64,000 nucleotides of DNA from Candidatus Marinacidobacterales bacterium. GTDB lineage: Bacteria > Acidobacteriota > Vicinamibacteria > Marinacidobacterales > DATDRI01. The position numbers and the translations under genes were made by a program. The first letter of the stretch is position 1; each line of letters begins with the position of its first letter. Under the pieces are notes generated by a model. The model worked only from the letters and a program-made list of their open reading frames with translations. It had not been told where the DNA came from and made no database searches. Where the stretch lies: positions 1,632,001 to 1,696,000 of the forward strand of contig OZ244742.1 of assembly GCA_965219415.1 (NCBI GenBank). Reading direction: 5' to 3'. This document shows, piece by piece, positions 54,731-64,000 of this stretch.

Positions 54731-55593
54731 GGGGCGCATCGTTCACGATGGAGGTGTTGCGCCCCAAGGCGCCCCGGGATGCGGTGCGTATGCTCGATAG
54801 TCATCCCGACGCCATACCCTTGGCCGGCGGCACCGACTTCATGGTGGCCTGGAATGCTGGGGAGCTTAATGGCAAGACGATCCTGGATCTCTCCGCCATC
54901 AAGAACTGGACCCGTATCCGATCGCTCGAGCGTGGTCTATGGTTCGGCTCCCTCGTCAACCATTGGCAGATTCAAAACCACCCAGGAGCGCAGAAAGCGT
55001 TTCCGTTGCTAGTGGACGCTTGCGGAACTATCGGAGGCGCGCAGATCCAGATTCGCGGCACGTTGGGCGGCAACATCGCCAACGCTTCGCCGGCCGGTGA
55101 TACGTTTCCCGCGTTGGCAGTTTACGGCGCGTCGATCCGCACGGTGTCGCCTCGAGGCGAGCGAACGATTCCCTTCTCGGAGATCTTTACCGGAGTCAAG
55201 ACGACTTCACTGGGTCCCTCCGAGCTCATCGAGATCATCGAGATCCCTTTTCTCTCCAGCCGGCCACGGCGGCAGATGTTCTGGAAAGTGGGAACCCGCG
55301 CCGCTTCCGCCATCTCGAAGACGGTCGCGGCCGGTCTCCTGTGGCTCAAACGAGACGGCGCCGTCCGCGAGCTACGTTTCGCGCTCGGCAGCATGGCCCC
55401 CACCGTCCGCCGATTGAAGAGCGTGGAAGACTTTGTCGTCGGGAAGAAACCGGTTGGCAAAGTGCTCGACGAGGCCTGCGACCTCCTCGAGAAAGACGTC
55501 TCCCCCATCGACGACATCCGCTCCACCGAGGAGTACCGTATAGAGGTATCGAAAAACCTCCTCCGATCCTTCCTCGATCCCGCGAGCATATAA
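54727..55593 (+). CDS. XDH-family FAD-binding subunit
   Basis: LAGGTD, GTLGGNIANASPAGD, PIDDIRST.EYR. Confidence 0.92.
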   Translation: MRGASFTMEVLRPKAPRDAVRMLDSHPDAIPLAGGTDFMVAWNAGELNGKTILDLSAIKNWTRIRSLERGLWFGSLVNHWQIQNHPGAQKAFPLLVDACGTIGGAQIQIRGTLGGNIANASPAGDTFPALAVYGASIRTVSPRGERTIPFSEIFTGVKTTSLGPSELIEIIEIPFLSSRPRRQMFWKVGTRAASAISKTVAAGLLWLKRDGAVRELRFALGSMAPTVRRLKSVEDFVVGKKPVGKVLDEACDLLEKDVSPIDDIRSTEEYRIEVSKNLLRSFLDPASI

Positions 55594-55767
55594 GTGCCAC
55601 CCATTTGGTAAACACCCTCGTTTGCCGAAAAACGCACGTTTTTTGTAAGGCGAAGGAGACAAAACACCCTTATTTCTCTGGTGGATAGTGTCGTCCGGAC
55701 CGCCTGGCCGTGGCGCTCTTCTCGCCACTTCGAATTGCTTCGTTAAGATATACTTGCCCCTGCACAG

Positions 55768-55799
55768 GATGGGGCCCGCGACGTGGGCCCCATCTTTTT
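55768..55799 (+). terminator. Intrinsic terminator-like hairpin
   Basis: GATGGGGCCC-gcgacgt-GGGCCCCATC followed by TTTTT. Confidence 0.75.
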
Positions 55800-55840
55800 G
55801 TATTGTTGAAGGATAACCGGCACCGAGGAGACACCGACTC

Positions 55841-57511
55841 ATGCACCCAATTCGCTGGGCGAGCTTGGCAATAGCCGCCCTCACCACGGCCTGCGCTCAA
55901 CCCGGCGAGGTTTCCTCCCCCGGGATCGAGGGCGCCCTCCAAAGCATCCGCCCGGAAGCCATTGAGGCTCATATCGCTTTCCTGGCGGACGATCTGCTCG
56001 AAGGCCGTGAGGCCGGGACCCGGGGTTACGATTTGGGTGCCAAATACGTCGCCACGTCCTTCCAAGCGATGGGATTGAAACCGGCAGGGTCGGATGGTAC
56101 TTACTTCCAAAACGTCCCGCTTCGCGGCACAAGGCTCGACCCCGGCGGGAGCTCGCTGACCCTATGGCGTAAAGGCTGGACCAAAACGCTGCTTCCCGGA
56201 GAGGACTCTATCGTCGCGCCAAGCGCGACGAGCGAACAAAGCGAGATCCGCGCCCCACTAGTCTTCGTTGGTTTCGGCGTGACCGCACCGGAACTCGACT
56301 ATGACGACTACGCGGGTGTGGACGCGGCGGGCAAGATCGCGGTGACGTTGTCGGGTGCACCTGCCAGCTTCCCTTCCAACCAGCGCGCGTATTACTCGGG
56401 TGGGGCGAAGACGGAAAACGCAGCGGCTCATGGAGTCGTCGGAATTCTCACCATCCTGACACCGGAGTACGAGAAGCGAATGCCTTGGGCCAGAATGTTG
56501 CGCTCCGCGGGCAGGGCGCGCATGAGGTGGCTAGATGATCACGAAACTCCTGCGAACGCATGGCCGCAAATCAAAGGCGGCGGAGCTCTCAGCCGACCCA
56601 CTGCAGAAGAAGTGTTCTTCAACGGCCCGGCATCCCTCGAGGACGTCTTCGCGGCCGCGGAGTCTGGGAACTTGAAGAGCTTCGATCTGCCACTCGAGGC
56701 GGAGATCCGAACGACCTCAGTCCACGTGGAGCTCGAAAGCCCGAACGTCATTGCAATGCTCGAGGGCTCAGACCCAAAGCTCAAGGACGAGTACATCGTC
56801 TACACCGCGCACTTAGATCATGATGGGCTCGGAGAGCCCATCGACGGCGACGGGATCTGGAACGGCGCTTACGATAACGCGTCCGGCACCGCAACGGTTT
56901 TGGAAGTTGCTCGAGCGTTCACGAATCTACCCCAGCCGCCGAAGCGTTCGATCCTTTTTCTCGCCACGACGGCTGAGGAAAAAGGACTCTTGGGCGCTGA
57001 CTATTTCGCGCTCAACCCCACCGTGCCCCAAGACGCCATCGTTGCAAATCTCAACATGGATGGCGCGCTCATGGTTTATCCTATGAAAGATCTCGTGATC
57101 TACGGAGGTGAGCACTCGAGTCTCGGCGAGGTGTTCGAACGAGCGGCGGCGCGAATGGGCGTTGAGATTAGTCCCGATCCAATTCCACAGGAAACCATTT
57201 TCATCCGCAGCGACCAATTTCCCTTCGTGCGCCAAGGCATCCCAGCCGCCTATGCTTTTGTTGGACTTCAAACCACCGATCCCGACATCGACTCCGAGGC
57301 GGCCTTTTGGGAGTGGATGGCCACTCGCTATCACACCCCCAAGGATGACATGAGTCAGAAGATGTACTTCGAATCGGGCGCCCGGTACGCCGGAGTGAAT
57401 TTCTTGGCCGGCTACCTCGTGGCACAAGACCCGGAGCGCCCGGAGTGGAACGAGGGAGATTTCTTCGGAGATAAATTTGGCTCCAAGAGAAGAATTCATC
57501 GCGATGAGTGA
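55841..57511 (+). CDS. M28-family metallopeptidase lipoprotein with PA domain
   Basis: Lipobox LTTAC; LEGR, AHLDH, GAYDNASG, AEEKGLLG, NMD, RSDQ, YHTPKD. Confidence 0.92.
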   Translation: MHPIRWASLAIAALTTACAQPGEVSSPGIEGALQSIRPEAIEAHIAFLADDLLEGREAGTRGYDLGAKYVATSFQAMGLKPAGSDGTYFQNVPLRGTRLDPGGSSLTLWRKGWTKTLLPGEDSIVAPSATSEQSEIRAPLVFVGFGVTAPELDYDDYAGVDAAGKIAVTLSGAPASFPSNQRAYYSGGAKTENAAAHGVVGILTILTPEYEKRMPWARMLRSAGRARMRWLDDHETPANAWPQIKGGGALSRPTAEEVFFNGPASLEDVFAAAESGNLKSFDLPLEAEIRTTSVHVELESPNVIAMLEGSDPKLKDEYIVYTAHLDHDGLGEPIDGDGIWNGAYDNASGTATVLEVARAFTNLPQPPKRSILFLATTAEEKGLLGADYFALNPTVPQDAIVANLNMDGALMVYPMKDLVIYGGEHSSLGEVFERAAARMGVEISPDPIPQETIFIRSDQFPFVRQGIPAAYAFVGLQTTDPDIDSEAAFWEWMATRYHTPKDDMSQKMYFESGARYAGVNFLAGYLVAQDPERPEWNEGDFFGDKFGSKRRIHRDE

Positions 57512-59102
57512 CTACGAGATCGTATTCCGGGGCGGCACGCTCATCGACGGCACCGGTGCCAAAGAACGAATAGCGGATGTCGCGATCGAAGCCGACACCA
57601 TCGTCGCCATCGGTGAGGGCCTGCGCGGCCGCCGGGAGATCGACTGCACGGATCTCGTCGTAGCACCCGGATTCATCGACACCCACTCCCATTCCGACCT
57701 GAGAGTCCTTACCGAACCCGGACTCCCGATGAAGCTTCGGCAAGGCATCACGCTCGAAGTCTTGGGCCAGGACGGAATTAGCGTCGCGCCGCTTCGACCG
57801 AATCATACTCCCGATACTCGCCGTCAACTGGCCGGTCTTCTGGGCGATCTACCAGAGGAGGAATGGCGCTGGGAACGAGTACGCGATTACCTGAAAGTCA
57901 TCGAGGACAACCGTCCCGCGATCAACCTCGCCTACTTGGTGCCGCACGGAACCCTCAGGACGTACGTGATGGGACCGGAGAACCGAAAACCCTCCCCCGC
58001 CGAGCTGGTAAGACTCAAAGCGGAGTTGGGTCGGGGCCTGGACGAGGGAGCTCTTGGCCTCTCCACCGGCCTCATCTATCCCCCATGCTGCTATTCCGAC
58101 ACCGACGAGCTGGTCGCTCTAGGCGGGGTCCTCGCTCCCCGAAAGGCACCCTTCGTCGTCCACATGCGCAGCGAGTCGGATTTCATCGAGCGTGCCATCG
58201 ACGAGATGATGGAAGTGGGCCTACGGTCTCGATGTCCCATTCACATCTCCCATTTCAAGATTGCGGGGCGAGACAACTTCTCCCGCGCCGCCGCAGTCGT
58301 CGAACGCATCGAGGACGCGCAACGCCAAGGCGTATCGGTTACCGGAGATCAGTACTGCTACGCTGCGGGCTCTACGATGCTAGGAGCGATCTTGTCGCCC
58401 TGGGCCCATGACGGAGGCGCAACGAAAACACTCGAGCGTCTTGCCGATTCTACCGCCCGACAGAAAATGCGTGAGGATATGGAGAAGAAGGGTGCGCTGG
58501 CGTGGGATTCCTTTTGGAAATGGACAGGCCCGGAGGGCATCGTCATCAGCGACATCCCGAGCGGCCGGCATGCGGAGTGGGTCGGAAAGACCGTGTCTCT
58601 AGCGGCACGGGATGCGGGCCAGGATCCCTTCGATTTCGCCTTCGACCTCTTACGAAGCGAGGAGATGGGCGTGGGAATGATCTCGCACTCGCAGAGCGAA
58701 GAGGTTCTGGACCGTTTGATCGGGCTTCCCTACTTGAACGGATGCACCGACGCACTGCTCGGCGGAAAACCACACCCCCGCGCATACGGTACATACCCTC
58801 GATTCTTGGGCCGGCACGTTCGTGAGGACAAAATACTCGAGCTTCCGGAAACGGTTCGGAAAATGACGAGTCAAGCCGCTCACGCGATGAACCTCTCCGG
58901 CGTCGGCGAGGTGCGTGAGGGTTTCCTTGCCGACTTGGTGGTTTTCGATCCCGCCACCATCAAGGACACGGCAACTTTTGCCAAGCCGGCTTCGTATCCA
59001 GAAGGCATCCTCCACGTGATGGTTCGCGGCGAACTGGCGCTCGATAACTCTGAAGTGACGGAAGTCCGCGCCGGACGAATAGTCCGCCAAGACGCAGGGT
59101 AA
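57504..59102 (+). CDS. N-acyl-D-amino-acid deacylase (D-aminoacylase) family amidohydrolase
   Basis: PGFIDTHSHSD, GLSTGLIY, HMRSE, SHFK, HPRAYGTYPR. Confidence 0.88.
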   Translation: MSDYEIVFRGGTLIDGTGAKERIADVAIEADTIVAIGEGLRGRREIDCTDLVVAPGFIDTHSHSDLRVLTEPGLPMKLRQGITLEVLGQDGISVAPLRPNHTPDTRRQLAGLLGDLPEEEWRWERVRDYLKVIEDNRPAINLAYLVPHGTLRTYVMGPENRKPSPAELVRLKAELGRGLDEGALGLSTGLIYPPCCYSDTDELVALGGVLAPRKAPFVVHMRSESDFIERAIDEMMEVGLRSRCPIHISHFKIAGRDNFSRAAAVVERIEDAQRQGVSVTGDQYCYAAGSTMLGAILSPWAHDGGATKTLERLADSTARQKMREDMEKKGALAWDSFWKWTGPEGIVISDIPSGRHAEWVGKTVSLAARDAGQDPFDFAFDLLRSEEMGVGMISHSQSEEVLDRLIGLPYLNGCTDALLGGKPHPRAYGTYPRFLGRHVREDKILELPETVRKMTSQAAHAMNLSGVGEVREGFLADLVVFDPATIKDTATFAKPASYPEGILHVMVRGELALDNSEVTEVRAGRIVRQDAG

Positions 59103-59106
59103 AGTC

Positions 59107-61747
<2,641 letters not shown>

Positions 61748-61754
61748 CGGCGCC

Positions 61755-62976
61755 ATGGCCGCTACCCGACTCTATCTCGAGACCGACGATTCCCTCCGAT
61801 CCGTTCTGATCGAGGACGGTGGCATGAAGGGAGCCGGAAATCCTTGTCCGGAAGACACGCCGCGCCTCGACTGCAAGGGAGCGGAGTTGAGATCGAGTTA
61901 TCTCAACGCCCACACCCATCTTTACAGCGGACTCGTACCCTTCGGCATGCCGCCCCCCTCGCAAACCCCGGAGAATTTCGTGCAGATCCTGGAACGGGTG
62001 TGGTGGCGTCTCGATCGTGCCTTGGATCGAGACAGTCTGCGGGCCGCCGCACGACTCTACGTGGCGGAGGCATTGCTCTGCGGCACCACCGCGTTGATCG
62101 ATCATCACGAGTCACCAGAGATCATCGAAGGGTCGCTCGATATCTTGGCGGACGCTTGCCAGGAGCTGGGTATCCGGGCCCTGCTTTGTTACGGGGCCAC
62201 AGAAAGGAATCGTGGGACCGAAGAGGCGAAGCAAGGACTCGACGAGTGCCGAAGATTCGTGCAATCGAACCGGAGACCTCTGGTCCGCGGACTGGTGGGG
62301 CTGCATGCATCGTTCACCGTTTCGGACGAGACGATCCGGATGGCCGGAGCCATGTGCCGCGAGCTAGCAACGGTACTCCACGTCCACATCGCCGAGGATG
62401 TCGCAGACGTCGACGACGCCAAGAAGCGCGGCTACGCCGGTCCCTTCGAACGACTGGCGGAGCTCGATGGTCTTCTGCCCGGCTCGATACTGGCCCACGG
62501 CGTCCACCTGAGCCAACCAGGTCGAAGACGTCGTCGGCAGGGGTTGCTGGCTGGTGCAGAATCCTCGTTCGAACAAAGGCAATCGCGTGGGCTATCCAGC
62601 GGCCCTATGGGCAAGCCACCGCGTGGCGCTCGGTACCGATGGCTACCCCGCGAACATGCTCGCCGAGCAAGCCGAATTGACCGTGCTTTCGAAAGCACAA
62701 GGTGACCTGGAGGCGAATGCCGCCGCCAATCGACTCGCCGCCGGTTGGATGGTTGCGACCGAGCGATGGGGTGGGTTCTTCGGTATGCCGGCCTCCGGAA
62801 CCGTCGCCGATCTAACGATCGTTTCCCCGGGGACGGACACCCCGAGACACGTGATCGTGGGCGGGCAGGTTGTTGTCGAGAACGGGGTCTTGAAAACCGC
62901 CGATATCGAGCAAGTCCGAGCCGAAGCCAATGAGCAGGCTTCCAGGCTTTGGCAAAGAATGGCGGAAATCAACTAA
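61755..62976 (+). CDS. SsnA-like aminohydrolase (frameshift ~62518)
   Basis: [51 protein letters not shown]. Confidence 0.8.
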
Positions 62977-63064
62977 TCCCTCGCGGCTTCCGCAGATACT
63001 GGGACAATTCCTCCTACCTGGGGCACCTTGATTCAGTCGGGGTGCGCCATTATCCTGTGCCCCC

Positions 63065-64000
63065 ATGTCAAAATGTGTAGCCCTCTACCTCCAGGACGCA
63101 CACCCTCTTGCCGATGGGATCCGATACGCACAATACGCCGAAAGCAAAGGGTTCGAAGCGGTCTGGCAGGCCGAGAGCCGACTCGTCCGCGACGCCATCG
63201 TTCCAATGGCCGCCTTCGCGGCGGTAACATCCCGCATTCGAATCGGCTCCGGGGTCATCAACAACTGGACCCGCAACATCGGGCTTCTTGCCGCCACCTA
63301 CCTCACGTTGGATGATCTGGCACAGGACCGGATCCTTTGCGGGATCGGAGCCTGGTGGGATCTGCTGGCCGCCAAGACGGGAATCAAACGACGGAAGCCG
63401 CTTCTCGCGATGCGGGAGACGATCGAGGTCTTTCGAAAGCTCCTTCGCCTGGAGAACGTTACCTTCGAGGGCGAGTTTCACCAGGTCAAAGGGATCGAGC
63501 TGGACGTCGTGCACGGACGGCGCGAGCCAAGAAATGTTCCCGTCTATATCGGCGCGACCGGAGACAAGATGATGGAGCTGACCGGCGAGATCGCAGACGG
63601 CGCGTTGCTCAACTACTGCGTGCCACCCGAGTACAACGACCGCGCGATGGAGCTCCTAGCGAAAGGCGCCAAACGATCTGGCCGCAAACTCGACGATCTC
63701 GATCGACCACAACTCGTTGTTTGCTTCGGTCGATCGCGATCGGGCTCGTGCAATCGAAAGCGCCAAGGAGTTGATCACACAATACCTCGCCCAGCAACCT
63801 CACATCGCGAAGGGCTCGGGAGTTAGCCAATCTACGGTCGATGAGATTCAAGCGATTTTGGGCTGGCCCGCAACCAAGGAGCAAGTTAGGCAAGCGATGC
63901 ACCTCGTTCCCGACGAGTTAGTGCTTCGAATCACTGCAACTGGAACCCCCGAAGAAGCGCGTACCAGAGTGGCAGAGTACGAGAAGCGAGGGTGCACTTG
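63065..64000 (+). CDS. LLM-class flavin/F420-dependent oxidoreductase (Mer-like); frameshift ~63725; runs off window
   Basis: [45 protein letters not shown]; the shifted frame continues to [13 protein letters not shown]. Confidence 0.85.

Overview
GC-rich (~60%) bacterial chromosomal segment, mostly metabolic and envelope genes. The gene repertoire (kinase/TolB remnant, DUF222-HNH, DUF5916, GAF-SpoIIE, HEAT protein) suggests Acidobacteriota such as Vicinamibacteria; this is inference only. Many otherwise intact genes carry single-base frameshifts, often in homopolymers, which points to an error-prone long-read consensus rather than mass pseudogenisation. Content: SSS transporter plus aromatic amino acid decarboxylase; an IS91/ISCR remnant retaining an oriIS-like end; frc with a ketopantoate-reductase-like partner; pepA, acs, trkAH, mmsA; several peptidases; two rhomboid proteases each directly downstream of a protein with a C-terminal membrane anchor (one a classic GlyGly-CTERM/rhombosortase pair); a small island with two divergent PIN toxin-antitoxin modules and a decayed DUF222-HNH gene; and a purine-catabolism-type cluster (three-subunit XDH-family enzyme, selenium-dependent-type Xdh, SsnA-like and D-aminoacylase-like amidohydrolases, LLM oxidoreductase). 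Three abrupt gene junctions and a 95-bp tandem duplication suggest deletions or misassembly. Two structured intergenic leaders are riboswitch/ncRNA candidates. No rRNA, tRNA or CRISPR array was seen.
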